A stretch of 64,000 bases of DNA from the human T2T-CHM13v2.0 reference genome, Homo sapiens (GCF_009914755.1 NC_060928.1), one strand, 5' to 3'; shown: positions 14,747 through 29,654, counted from the stretch's first letter. Numbers and translations are program-made. The notes: generated from the sequence alone by a model not told the origin.

Positions 14747-15433
14747 TATGCCCGGAACTACTTCCTTCCAGTGGGTTCTTGGTGTCGCTGACTTCAAGAA
14801 TGAAGCCGCGGACCCTCGCGGTGAGTGTTACAGCTCTCAAAGATGGTGTGTCTGGAGTTGTTTGTTCCTCCTGGTGGGTTCGTGGTCTTGCTGACTTCAG
14901 GAGTGAAGCTGCAGACCTTCACAGTGAGTGTTACAGCTCTTAAAGGTGGTACGTCCAGAGTTGGTTGTTCCTCCTGGTGGGTTCGTGGTCTCGCTGAATT
15001 CAGGAGTGAAGCCACAGACCTTTGCAGTGAGTGTTATAGCTCTTAAAGGTGGCACGTCCATAGTTGTTTGTTCCTTCTGGTGGGTTCATGGTCTTGCTGA
15101 CTTCAAGAGTGAAGTCGCAGACCTTTGCAGTGAGTGTTACAGCTCTTAAAGGTAGTGCGGACACAGAGTGAGCAGCAGCAAGATTTATCGTGAAGAGCAA
15201 AAGATCAAAGCTTCCACAGCGTGGAAGGGGACCCAAGCGGATTGCTGCTGCTGGCTTGGGTGGCCAGCTTTTATTCCCTTATTTGTCGCCACCCACATCC
15301 TGCTGATTGGTGCATTTAAAATCCTTTAGCTAGATACAGAGCACTGATTGGTGTGTTTACAATCCTCTAGCTAGACAAAAAAGTTCTCCAAGTCCCCACT
15401 CTACCCAGGAAGTCCAGCTGGCTTCACCTCTCA
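14747..15433 (-). mobile_element. ERV9 solo LTR, short LTR12-type
   Basis: Minus strand begins TGAGAGGTGAAGCCAGCTGGACTTCC. Repeated GTGAGTGTTACAGCTCTTAAAGG units and CTGATTGG (CCAAT) boxes. L1 resumes at 15434. Confidence 0.95.
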
Positions 15434-15922
15434 TGGCTAGTAAAACTAATAAAGAAGGAAAGAGAGAAGAATCAAATACATGCAATAAAAAATGATAAAG
15501 GGATATCACCACTGATCCCACAGAAATAGAAATTACCATCAGAGAATACTATAAACACCTCTATGCAAATAAAGTAGAAAATCTAGAATAAATGGATAAA
15601 TTGCTGGACAGATACACCCTCCCAAGACTAAACCATGAAGAAGTTGAATCCCTGAATAGACGAATAACAGGCTCTGAAATTGAGGCAATAATAGCCTACT
15701 AACCAAAAAAAGTCCAGGACCAGACAGATTCACAGCTGAATTCTACAAGAGGTACAAAGAGGAGCTGTTACCATTGCTTCTGAAACTATTCAAATCAATA
15801 GAAAAAGAGGGAAACCTCCCTAGTTCATTTTATGAGGCCAGCATCATCCTGATACCAAAGCCTGGCAGAGACACAACAAAAAAAGAATTTTAGACCAATA
15901 TCCCTAGTGAACATGGATGTGA

Positions 15923-16512
<590 letters not shown>

Positions 16513-16764
16513 GGTCATCCATTATATCCACCTGTATTCCAGTGTTTTAAACTTTCTTAGACATTTTTTGCCCTAAATTTTTCTCAAGTATCCTTAATTG
16601 CCTAGGATATGTCACTTATTCCCAAACTACTAGGTTGGAATGTATAAACCAGGTGGTCACTCATTAGCCTTAGAGTTATTTTGGGAAAGAATAACAGCTT
16701 GCTCTCTCAATGACCTCCACTGCCTTTGGCTGACTTTGTTCTTTAATTATTTATTAGTCTGGAC

Positions 16765-17075
16765 ATTCATTAATTTACTTGTTGAATGAATTTTTATTGG
16801 ATGCATACCATACATCAGGGACTCTTTCAAGTGCTGGGCATGCAGTGGAAAACAAAACAGACAAAGGTCTCCGCTCTTATGGAGCTTACATTTTAGGAGA
16901 GAAAACAGAAAATAAACCAGTAAACAAGTAAATAAATGGATCATTTCAGACATGATAAATGAAAAACAAAAACGAAACAGAGGATGTTGAGAGAATGCCT
17001 ATGAGGGACTAACAGATATTGTGGTTAGGAAATGGTCTCTTTGGGGAGGTTGCATTTGAGGGAATCCTCAATGAC
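16765..17075 (-). mobile_element. L2 3' end
   Basis: attcattaatt...aagtgctggg...aaaacagacaaagg...tggagcttacattttagg. Confidence 0.8.
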
Positions 17076-17329
17076 TTGTCTTTTCTTCGTAGATTATTCT
17101 TCGGACTTGGACTCCGCTTTGGATTGCCTTCTTTCAGCTTTGCTGCTTTGCTGAAGGCTGTGCATCAGAGGTGCTTCTACCTGGGAGGACCTCCACCCCA
17201 TAACCTCTGTCACTCCCCAGACACTCTTTCTGGTACTAATCCCCAACTCTCCCTCCACCTGTTTGACCCTACCAGCAAGACTAAGTAAGATCCCTGCTTA
17301 CTATCCCTTCACCAACTCCATTCTTGAAT

Positions 17330-18090
<761 letters not shown>

Positions 18091-18098
18091 CACAGGGG

Positions 18099-18400
<302 letters not shown>

Positions 18401-18524
18401 TTATTTCCTTATTTTCGAATACTAAAGTCACCTTAAAAATTTAAATTGAGTTAAACCAATTCCTGACCTCTTCTCCAACTATTTTCTCTTCACATTTGTT
18501 GCAGTGAAAAATGCCCCCTCTATT

Positions 18525-18765
18525 GCTACACTTACTTTGCATTAACTGTATATCAGGCACTTTTCTCAGGCTTAAAATACATTTAATTCTTAAACAACTA
18601 TCTCAGGATGGCATTATAATTAACCCCACTTTATAGAAAAGGAAAGCAAGTCACAGTGAGGTTAAATCACTTGCTGAAAGTCACATGGCTCTTTGATTGT
18701 GGCCATGGTAGGAATTGAACTCTGACAACCTGACTCCAGAGTTTGGGCTCTGAACCATTATTCTA
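18525..18765 (-). mobile_element. MIR
   Basis: Core ccccactttatagaaaaggaaa...gaggttaaatcacttgctgaaagtcaca...tgactccagag. Confidence 0.85.
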
Positions 18766-18967
18766 TAATGCTCTCAATCCCACTGCCATCAAATGCAGAA
18801 CCTTTTATCATCCTTGTAAAATTTTTATGTCTTTAGATTTACTTCAACCTCTCATATCTGTCAGAATTCTTTTGTGTTCCTGGCAGTATCGTCCAATGTA
18901 TTCAATATCTCAAAAAAGTTCATGCCTTCCATAAATATAAAAACAATCTATTAAGTTACACTCTACA

Positions 18968-18968
<1 letters not shown>

Positions 18969-19020
<52 letters not shown>
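18969..19020. repeat. (TCTA)13 tetranucleotide STR
   Basis: 13 perfect units. Confidence 0.98.
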
Positions 19021-19022
<2 letters not shown>

Positions 19023-19844
19023 ATCTTTCATGTATCTTCATCAATCCATTTATAAGTGCCAAATATTATCAGTCATCTATTCACATGTCCCGAGAGCCAT
19101 CAGAGATGAGAATTTCACTAAAGTGCAAGTTAAATGCTTGTTGTCTGTAGCTTCCCTTCCAATATATATTTTTTTAATTTTTCATGTGCTAGTGAAGCTC
19201 CATAATGACTGGTAGAAGATGCCCTGGATCTGCTATACAGAAACAAAGAACAAGTATCAAACTGGATGTTAAACAGAAATTGTATGACCTTCATGTTTCC
19301 TTCCAGGTAATGATCATGAAAACAGAGGGTAAAGGTTGGCAGACAATTAAGTGCCACTGAAGTCCTTTGACATTAAGCAGGACATCATAAACATATTTTC
19401 AGTTTGGAGGGATTTGACTAACAATTCTGTATCTGGAACAAATGATAGCTATAGATATGATACAACTCCAGGAGACTGGAAGAAAATGTGAAAGCTATTG
19501 GCATTGTAGGATGCTGGGACTGCGACTTTGTAAGAACTCTGTTATAATGATCCGTAAAGGTTCTTTTCCAGTTAGAAATGAATGCGTGTTTTGCACTGAA
19601 AGAGGTATGAATGTACCCCATAATATATAACATTACATAACATTTAGCCAAAACAAGTGGTCACTAACTGTTAGTTTCTTTAGCTTTCTACTAAGTCAAG
19701 TGTTAATATACCTACCAATTTTGGATTCCCACAGGGTACAAGACAGCAGCTAGACAGCCTTTTAAGCTATCCTAGTATAGTGATATTTGGAGACAACAAA
19801 TATAGAACAAAATATTTGTTTTGCTTACTACCTTATCCCTAGAG

Positions 19845-20059
19845 CAGTGTTTCTCAATAGAGGCACTATTGACATTTGCATTGGATAATTCTTTGTTGTG
19901 GGAAACTGTTCAATGCATAGTGGATGCTTAGAGAATGTTAGCCTGATCTTGACTCACTAGATGCCAGTAGTGTTTTCTCAGTTGTGATAATCAAAAATGT
20001 CTCCAGCCACTGTCAGATATCCTCTAGACAGAAAAATTCCCCACTGTTGAGAAACACGG
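19845..20059. mobile_element. MER20 (hAT-Charlie MITE), full length
   Basis: TIRs CAGTGTTTCTCAA...TTGAGAAACACGG; internal GGCACTATTGACATTTG, CACTAGATGCCAGTAG, AAAAATGTCTCCAG. Confidence 0.92.
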
Positions 20060-23000
20060 AGTTACAACGTCAAATATAACAGACACTCAAGTGTTTGTTA
20101 ATGAATAAAAAATTGGATGAATGAAATTTTTCCTGCTGTCCATATTCATATGAATTTTTCATTGTCTAATATATCAATAATGCAGGAGAGGGGAAGGGAG
20201 TTAGAAATTAGATTTTAAAAAAGAGCATTTTTGTTAGACACTATACCTGGCCAACAGGAACATGCATTTGAAGTCTAATCCTACACAAACCAACAGAGAT
20301 CATTCTATCTTGTGAGCCCTTGAATTACTTACCTACCGGAACTTCTCCCTGTTGGTGACTAAAATTCCACCAAAGTAGATGCTTTTTACTTTGACGTTCC
20401 ATTTTCCTGAAGAGCTCTTTTAAAAAATAAATACACCAGGTAGAATTAATTGCTTAATCCTTATTGTTAACAAGAAAGGGATCATGCATTTGATTTTCTT
20501 CTACATTACTATGAGCACCGAGGGAGTCCTTGGGATTTTGGAGATTTTAGAGGTCACATTGCAAAAAGGAGATGGTAAAGGCAAACTTCACCAACAACTG
20601 AATTTTATCAAGTGGTTCTCACCAGTGTTATTTGTTTATTAAATAAACACACAGTCTCTAGGATACTTTCTTTGCATGTTCCTTCTTCGAGGACATGTAG
20701 AAAATGTTAAATACCCAAATATTCAAAATCATGATACCCAGAAACTTGTTTGCTACTTTAATTGCTAATTTCATGGTCGTCATTCTTAAACAGTAGTTAA
20801 TTTGAAGACTATACTTTCCAATTTTGTATTTCCAAAATTGTTGATATCTGTGAAGAATGAGTGCTAGAGCCTCTCAGATTTGATTCTAACAAGAAGTCTT
20901 AGCGAAGTCACAGTCTTTAAGCATAAGCTGCTAAGGTGCTTTCTTCAGTACAGGCACTGGCATCTGTTATTCAAACCCTTGCTTGAGTTGATTTCTGCTT
21001 ATTATTCATTAAAATATATGTGTTAAAATAAGCATGCCCTGATCTGAGCCTCTCACTTAGATGTTGTTTCTCTCATCTTTCCAGCAGGGTTGCAGTAATC
21101 ATACCTACTAGAGAATGAGGGCATTTCCTTTGGTCAGTACGTAATTACCAAGATAGTCATTACCATCACTACAAAAGGCAGCAGGGATGTTCTTCACAGA
21201 GAAAAATTTGACATGGAGCAAATTGAGCTATTCATAGTGGTAGAGAGCTACCCTTCAAGCTATCCATAGGATAGTGCATTCAGTTCAATTCAATGTCCAT
21301 TTATCATATACCTATTGATACTGAGGGGAGAAGATTCAATTAAATAAAGCTACTTGCTGGGCAGAGGAGTAGATTTCCTTTCTGAACAGTTAAATGTTAT
21401 GGGCCATTTTTTATGTGTTCACTTACCTAGCCCTTGACAAAATAAAAGCTAATTATGGCAAAATTAAGATTTCACAATCAGAGATATCAATATCTCTATG
21501 GCTTCTCTGGGACAGGCACCACATTAGTCTTTAATGTTTTTGGAAGTCTTTCTAGACTTATTCATTGATCTATGTGAGAAAACTTTCTGATGAATGATCT
21601 AGTATGCAAAATGTCCATAGCATTGGTAAATATCCTTACCTCCTGTAGCTGGTTTCTTTTATAATCTCTTTGTCTCATGAAAAGAAAGGGCAATTTATAA
21701 TTTCTTATTAAATTTCTGGCTTGCATGAGTGTCTCTAGGCTTTTGTTCATGATTTATATCTCAAAGCAATGCAATGGATTGCCCATAGGAATCTGTTTGC
21801 TGGATGGTGGTCATGTTTGTCTTGGGAGTTCAGGATCCACTTTGGCAAAAAGGACATATTCTACAGCTTTCTGAGGAGGGGTTAAAATATTTTAATGGCC
21901 AAAATTTTGAGTATCATGCTGTTGTTTGAGATGTACACCTTTATTCACTCATCTGGAGTTCCATCATCCTGTAGTCTTGCTATTTCAGATGAAATAGACT
22001 TTGACAATAAAAACAGACAGCAAATCCTACAGTCCTGTTTTATTTTTGTTGGGCAGTAGTCTTTCATTGAAGAAAAGGGAAAAATATTTCAAAAACGTTT
22101 TAAGTGCTGTATGTATTGGAAAGTATAGAAACTAACTCTGCCTGGAGGAGTCCTTAAATTTCTTCACGGTAAGGGCTGTTGTCTTTTTACTATGTTTACT
22201 CGAGAAATGTAGATATTTGTCAGGTAGTAGGTAGAAACTCACAGAACAAAGCACCCTTCACAATAAAACATAGAAGTGGCTCACATGCTTCATCAGCCAG
22301 AGTACAGCCCATTGTTCCCAAAGGACAAGCTACCAATTGTGTTACTTGTAAATTCTATGAAGTTTCCTTTCACATCCAAAGGAAGAGGAAAAATATGGCT
22401 CCCATATTTCACCGTATTCCTCTCTTTTAATGTTTTCTTCCAGTTTCTGCTCAAGAACTTTATAAGAATTTTTGACTACTTCTTAAAATCAAGAATTTAG
22501 GAGAAGATATTGGTTGCAAAAAAACTGTGGCTGAGGCACACGCCAATCACTGAGTTCTGTTAACTGGAGGTGAGTTATAGTAATGAGATTAATGTTTGCA
22601 TTAGGTATACTCTAGCCCCTTTGGAAATTACTCAGTGGGAACATCCATTTATATTTTAGAAGCAGAAGTGGAAACCAGCACACTTGAATTTTCTTGTCTG
22701 CAGAAACTTTTATATTAGTGGGATATACCAATATACCTTACTTATAAATCCTAATCTCTTTTAAGAGTGTGGAAGAATATTTAAAGCTGTTTTCCATTTG
22801 GCCATAATTGTCTTTGCAAACACTGTTGCTTGAGGACAAAGTGTGTATGCAACTGGGAGTGTGTGCTTAGTGATTAAAAAAATTTACATCTACAATGCAG
22901 TTTGAATAAACACTCCAATGAATACATTAAGTGCAAACAAGAGGAAATATTTATTTATTTTTTTCTGAGTTTTGTGACACATGTCAATGTGAAGCCTATA

Positions 23001-24079
23001 CAATGGGTAAGATTGTTTTCCATATTTTCAGTATATGAATGTCACACCTGTAGCCTTTTTAATTGCAAAAGTGGCCTCCTTGGCTTTAAATAAACCTTGC
23101 ATAGATTATGACATTCATTCCACAACCTAAGAGCTTATTTAGAAAGAGGTGAGCTTGTGTTTTATACCTAAGCCTTAGCTTACATGTTATACACACAGAC
23201 TTTCCTAAGTACAAGCCAAGTTAAACATAATTTCATTGTAACCTTTAAAAATTTTTCAGCATAATGACTAGCTGTGACATGAATAAGTGTGCCAAAAAAG
23301 CCCTTCAACAAACCTATTCTCATGCTTCATTTACATTATTCCCAGAATACAAATAGTAAGATATTAAAACTGGATAAGACTGTCAAATGAGATCACTCAC
23401 CTGACAGTTCTGTCACTTTAGATTGCTTTGTTGTTTATGCCAGGGTTGCAATCTCTGTCCCGTTACTTGTTAATTGCTTAGTCAATGCAATTGTATCACA
23501 ACAAATTTATCAGGATTTTAAGAGAAGAACTGTCTCTCACTTGGATATGAAATTACTTTGATGGATCGAAGGTGATTATTACCATTAAATGTGACAAGCA
23601 CAAAATAAAAATTCTAGTTTTAAATTCACCTGCAGTAAAGGTGCAATAAAATTCTATATGAAGACTTCTAATAAAGAAATGAAACATCATGTGAGCAGAC
23701 GACCATCAAATATCATCAAATGAAATATTTTTGAATAATTGAGAAGTGAAGAACACTTTAAATATTGGTTGTTAAACTCAAACAAACACATTGTACTTAT
23801 TTGCATGTAACTTATGAATGTATTCATGGGTGTGTGTGTATGCTCAGATTTGGTGAGTGTTTACTGGGACATCGGCACTGGGTTCATGACACTGAAGGTT
23901 TCCTTAGGCCCTGCCAATGGAGTTATCCTGCTCTTCATTTTAAATTCAGCTTTTGCCATATGCAAATTTTTTTAACCACTTTGTATCTATGTTTACATTA
24001 TCTGCTTTCATTTAAAATCAAATTCTGAAGAATTTACACATTTTTCAGGTAGCAGAATATACTAGTAAAAACAGTAGAT

Positions 24080-24850
24080 AAGTGTCTAAAGCTGAACTCA
24101 TTATCTCCCTCACCCTGTCTTATCCATTCCCTCCAAATCTATTACTTTTCTTAAATATTTATGTTATTTGTAAATATTACATATTTAGATTATTGGCTTA
24201 GGTTTCAAATCTTACCATCATCTTTTACTCCTTTCTCTTATTTCATATGTGCAACTCATCACCAAATCTTTTCCATTCTCCTATGTGCATCTGACACTCC
24301 TCTATATTCATTACCATTTTCAGTTCAGGTCCTGTCATTATTTCTTCTTCTCTAGATTGGTTTATTGACCTTCAAACTTCACCTCCAGCTCAGTATCCAT
24401 GTTGCTCCATGTTGCAACACCTAAGAAAGGCCCACAGCACTTTTAGGTTACACTGTTAAAACACCAACATTTGTTTCTGAATTATAAATCTGATCTTACT
24501 CTTTGCTTATATCTGCGAGTGGATTCCTATTAACTACAAGGTCAAATCCAAATTTGTTGACTTATAATACCTCATAGGTTCTTGTTATTGATCGAGTCCA
24601 GTCCTTCATTGCATTGTCTTATTTCCCCAGTACCTTTACTTGTCCCTATATTATGAAAATATTCACCCATATATGATTCCTTGAGCCAGTCATTGCATTT
24701 TATGACATAGCTTGTTTCCTCTCTTCTCCTTATATGACTGTTAAACTGTGGATTCCTTGGAAATCCATAATACTCGATATATCTGTATTATATTTAGTTT
24801 CCTTATCCACTATCTTTCCAATATGCCTTAAACATCTATCAGCATTTACG
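24080..24850 (+). mobile_element. L2 fragments
   Basis: gtctaaagctgaactcattatct; tcatcaccaaatc; gttcaggtcctgtcattatttc; aaatctgatc. Confidence 0.65.
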
Positions 24851-24854
24851 GTAG

Positions 24855-25040
24855 CAATTGATATTTATGAAGTGCTTGTTATGTGGCTGGTATGGTTCTA
24901 CATGCCTCATGTAATTCTTGTAGCTAACTTATAAAGTTCGTAGTCTTGCTCGTGATGAGGGACAAACTGGAAGCAGTGAGATTAGGATTTGAATCAAGTG
25001 GTTCTGCATCAGACCCTGGGGTCCTAACCTTGCATTATGT
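24855..25040 (-). mobile_element. MIR (internally deleted)
   Basis: atttatgaagtgcttgttatgtgg...ggatttgaatcaag. Confidence 0.6.
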
Positions 25041-25204
25041 GTTCACTCCATTGGAAATGATTTATATAGATGCATACGTCCTCTCCTGGAATGTGAACTT
25101 GTTATATTCAGGGACTATTCTCTATGTTTTTATTCCCTAAGCATAAAATGGAACTGAACGTAGAATAGACATTCAGTACATATGTGCGGAATAAATGACT
25201 AGGA

Positions 25205-25400
25205 ATTAATCATGGGTTCACCTTCTACCTTTTGAATCATTTGAAAAACTCATTCAACCTTTTAGAAAATAAAGTTCTTCCTTATATGCAAAATTGGAGT
25301 TATAATGCCTACCAATATTTCAGAGTGCTCATGGGAAAAATAAATAAGATGATAAGGTAAAAGTGTTTGAAAACATGAAGAGTTACACAAATGAATGGAA
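25205..25400 (+). mobile_element. MIR
   Basis: cttatatgcaaaattggagttataatgcctacc...ataagatgataaggtaaaagtgtttg. Confidence 0.65.
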
Positions 25401-25659
25401 AGGACATATTTTTATGAGTAACAATCCAATAAATTGAACAACATGTAAAGGTCTACTATGTACAAGACTATTATTGGTGATCTTGGAAATATAAAACGAA
25501 TATAATTCTTACCCTTCAAGTATTTAGAATCAGATATCATCACTTAGTAATTATAAATGATTTTTTCTTTCTAAGTACACAGTCTTAATAGAGATTGCAA
25601 ATCACCTTAGCCAAAGACATACAGAAAAATAATTTGATTCATTCATTACTTTATGCTTT

Positions 25660-25790
25660 CATTCATTTATGCTTTCATTCTTTCAATGAATATTAATGCT
25701 GCCCACAATGTGATCATCACACTGCTAGGCCCTGGAGATACAGTGGTGAGGAAGTTAGACAAAGCCCCTGCTATGTGAAGATGAAAGGTA
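25660..25790 (-). mobile_element. L2 3' end
   Basis: cattctttcaatgaatattaatg...cactgctaggccctggagatacagtggtgag. Confidence 0.75.
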
Positions 25791-25848
25791 AAGCATATGT
25801 AAACTCAGACTATAGAAAAAAAGAAATTAAAAAGACAGAGAGTGATAG

Positions 25849-27411
25849 TGTGTCCGGAATTGGTGGGTTCTTGGTCTCACTGACTTCAAGAATGAAGCCG
25901 CGGACCCTTGCGATGAGTGTTACAGTTCTTAAAGGTGGCGTGTCCGGAGTTTGTTCCTTCTGATGTTCGGATGTGTTCGGAGTTTCTTCCTTCTGGTGGG
26001 GTTCATGGTCTCGCTGGCTCAGGAGTGAAGCTGCGGACCTTTGTGGTGAGTGTTACAGCTCTTAAGGTGGCGGGTCTCGAGTTGTTCCTTCCTCCCAGTG
26101 GGTTCGTGGTCTCACTGGCTTCAGGAGTGAAGCTGCAGACCTTCGCAGTGAGTGTTACAGCTCATAAAGGCAGTGTGGACCCAAAGAGTGAGCAGCAGCA
26201 AGATTTATTGCAAAGAGTGAAAGAACAAAGCTTCCACAGTGTGGAAGGGAACCCGGATTGCCACTGCCGGCTCAGGCAGCCTGCTTTTATTCTTATCTGG
26301 CCCCACCCACATCTTGCTGATTGGTCCATTTTACAGAGAGCCCCCAGTGGTCTGTTTTGACAGGGCGCTGATTGGTGTGTTTACAATCCCAGAGCTAGAC
26401 ACAAAGGTTCTCCACGTCCCCACTAGATTAGCTAGATACAGAATGTTGACTGGTGCATTCACAAACCCTGAGCTAGATACAGGGTGCTGATTGGTGCATT
26501 TACAATCCCTGAGCTAGACACAAAAGTTCTCCACATCCCCACTAGATTAGCTAGATACAGAGTGTTGACACAAAGGTTCTCCAAGTCCCCACCAGAGTAG
26601 CTAGATCCAGAGTGTCGATTGGTGCATTCACAAACCCTGAGCTAGACACAGGGTGCTGATTGGTGTGTTTACAAACCTTGAGCTAGATACAGAGTGCTGA
26701 TTAGTGTATTTACAATCCTTTAGCTAGACATAAAGGCTTTCCAAGTCCCCACCACAGTCAGGAACCCAGTTGGCTTCACCCAGTGGATCCCACACCTGGG
26801 CCGCAGGTGGAGCTGCCTGCCAGTCCTGCGACATCTGCAGGCACTCTCAGCTCTTGGGTGATCAATGGGACTGGGCGCCGTGAAGCAGGGGCAGCGCTCG
26901 TCAGGGACGCTCGTGTGGCACAGGAGCCCATGGAGGAGGGGGAGGCTCAGGCACGGTGGGCTGCAGGTCCCGAGCCCTGCCCCATGGGGACGCAGCTAAG
27001 GCCCGGCGAGAAATTGAGTGCAGCACCGGTGGTCCAGCACTGCTGGGGGACCCAGCACACCCTCCGCAGCTGCTGGCCCGGGTGCTAAGCCCCTCATTGC
27101 CCGGGGCTGGTGGGGCTGGCAGGGCTGGCTAGCCGCTCCGAGTGCAGGCCCGCCAAGCCCACTCCCACCTGGAACTCCAGCTGGCCCGCAAGCCCCGTGT
27201 GCAGCCCCGGTTCCCGCTTGCGCCTCTCCCTCCACACCTCCCTGCAATCTGAGGGAGCCGGCTCTGGCCTTGGACAGCCCAGAAAGGGGCTCCCACAGTG
27301 CAGCGGTGGGCTGAAGGGCTCCTCAAGTGCAGCCAAAGTGGGAACCCAGGCAGATGAGGCGCCGAGAGTGAGCGAGGGCTGCAAGGGCTGCCAGCATGCT
27401 GTCACCTCTCA
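25849..27411 (-). mobile_element. LTR12C/D-type ERV9 solo LTR (1563 bp) with 4-bp TSD ATAG
   Basis: Termini TGTGTCCGGAATTGG...GTCACCTCTCA. ATAG at 25845-25848 and 27412-27415. GC-rich U3 and a CCAAT repeat array. Confidence 0.97.
26280..26740 (-). promoter_or_regulatory. LTR12 U3 promoter/enhancer: tandem CCAAT (NF-Y) repeats and AATAAA-type TATA box, directing transcription leftwards
   Basis: Multiple CTGATTGG/GATTGG on the + strand (CCAAT on the - strand) and TTTATT at 26286-26291; established ERV9 LTR architecture. Activity is not shown by the sequence. Confidence 0.6.
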
Positions 27412-27549
27412 ATAGGGTACATGCAACTATTTACTTAAGTGCAGCCAAAGTGGGAGCCCAGGCAGAGGAGGCACCAAGAGTGAGCGAGGGCTGCGAGGGC
27501 TGCCAGCATGCTGTGACCTCTCAATAGGATACATGCAACTATTTTACTT
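27325..27549. repeat. Tandem duplication (112/113-bp units) of the LTR12C end plus flank
   Basis: Copy 1 at 27325-27436, copy 2 at 27437-27549; 8 differences counted. Confidence 0.95.
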
Positions 27550-27655
27550 AGTTTGTCTTTTCTTTGAGGAGATGATTAATATTAAGATTTTTGGGTAAAC
27601 ATCACTAGACTTGATAATCCAATATCCCTTTGGCATGACTATTGATCTAACAAGA

Positions 27656-28672
27656 TGTAGTGGAGACTGTCAGTGGTCAGCCAATATCCCCTTGGTTCCC
27701 TTTATCACTTTATGCATGCCAGCTTGATTTGAAATGGGCAAGATCTGTGTCTTTGGGCTGTTGGAACACACTTTGCCAGCTCATGCTATGGCTGAGCAAC
27801 AGCTGGTCGTTAATGCCCACTCCAGGTAGACTTTAATTGATAATATGGGTGTGGTGGTATAATTACCCCATCCCTTGGGGTAATTATATGTTATTCAGAA
27901 TAATTCTGAAGCATGCATTTTACACTATTTCCCAGGTGTAAAGCTTTAGTTGCCCACTGTGGCAGCTTCTTTCACAACATACTTCATACTTGAATTAAGC
28001 AACCAAGCAGACCCTAAGCAGCAGTATTATGGTAACTGCTAGGTTGGTTTGCTTCCATAGATTTGGATGGTAAGGAGAAAATAAACTCAAATGACTTTAG
28101 AAAGCTTATTACTTAGGCAGATAGCAAAAGCAAGATCAAACTGGTGTCCGCTCCCAATGTCCTGGTGGCATCACAGTACAATTGAGAACCAGTGCAGATC
28201 ACATGAGCAGAGAGTCACTTACCATTGAGGAACCAACCGTAAATTCACACCAGACAGTTTTGCGGTTTGTAGCTGTACCCAAAAGGAAAACAGGGTAGAA
28301 AGTCCCATACATCACCAGAAACAGACAAGCTTCATAGCAGCCTTCTACAAGGTAGGTTTCTCCTGTAAGTTAGGGACACAGGTGAAAAGTGGTCATGTGA
28401 TGGATTTGCACAAGCTGCTTATCTCCTCATGTTCTTGAGAGTGTTACAGAGTTGGATAGTGATGGAGCCTTCCTTTTTTTTAGACCGTGATACACACAAG
28501 ACCACCACAGCACCAGATTACCACATTCCCCAGCAATTTATCAATATCCCTACTCCCCCATAACACCTCCTCCTCCCTCTTCTGGTATTTCTGCACCTCC
28601 CAAATAACCTCTTTGCATACAGTCTTTGTCTCAAGGACTGCTTTTAGGCAGTGCAGGGGACCCAACCAAGAC
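27656..28672 (+). mobile_element. LTR16-type ERVL solo LTR, probably interrupted (about 27990-28525) by another old LTR-like segment
   Basis: TGTAGTGGAGACTGTC start; gttgcccactgtggcagc; cacctcccaaataa...gacccaaccaagaca end. Confidence 0.65.
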
Positions 28673-28703
28673 ATTACATCTACAATTATATCTAAGAAAG
28701 CTT

Positions 28704-29023
<320 letters not shown>

Positions 29024-29654
29024 AAGAAAGCTGACTTCGTGGAACTGTTAGAATGATTTTGTTATGTTGCAGTTCTGAGCCTAGGCACAGAATTTGCAAG
29101 ATTTGCCTTGATTTCAGCTACAGAGTGTGCATGTGTTTTGAAAAGGAAAAACAACAACAAATCTATTCCATAATATATTTGTTTTGTGAAAGATAGAATC
29201 TCTTTTTGTAAAGAAGAAAATGACTTTTGAATGAAAAATTTTGATATCAGGGTTTAAATATGAATGATTCAGGAAGGTGGTATTACTTTAAGAAAAAATG
29301 AAGCAGATGTGTGCAGGTATAAGTGTAGACATTTATGGTATAAACATTTATGAAAAGATTGTGCACGCAAAGATGGAGTAGGGCGCTTGAAAATCTATGA
29401 CATGAACAGATCCCTTTCTAGGCAAAAGATATATTTTTTTTTCTAGCATTGTCAATACCTGCTGTGCACAGGTGGTTTGGGCAGTTGGGGCTCTTGCACA
29501 TAAATATTGTTATTCAGATTCAAATTTAAGCATACAGATTTCACATCTCCCAAGGGTCTCAGTATTTGAACCTACCTAGTTCTGACTTCAGGGACTCTAC
29601 TCTTTGCATTTTACTATACTTTTTTCTAATACCTATTAATACCTGGAACAATAA

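Noticed and set aside
14780-15150. Repeated about 72-100-bp units resembling a CRISPR-like array (also 25880-26170 and 26360-26740)
   Set aside because: These are the intrinsic tandem repeats of ERV9 LTR12; there are no unique spacers and the context is eukaryotic.
26783-27415. GC-rich overlapping ORFs or CpG-island-like region
   Set aside because: This is LTR12C U3 sequence; the ORFs reflect high GC content.
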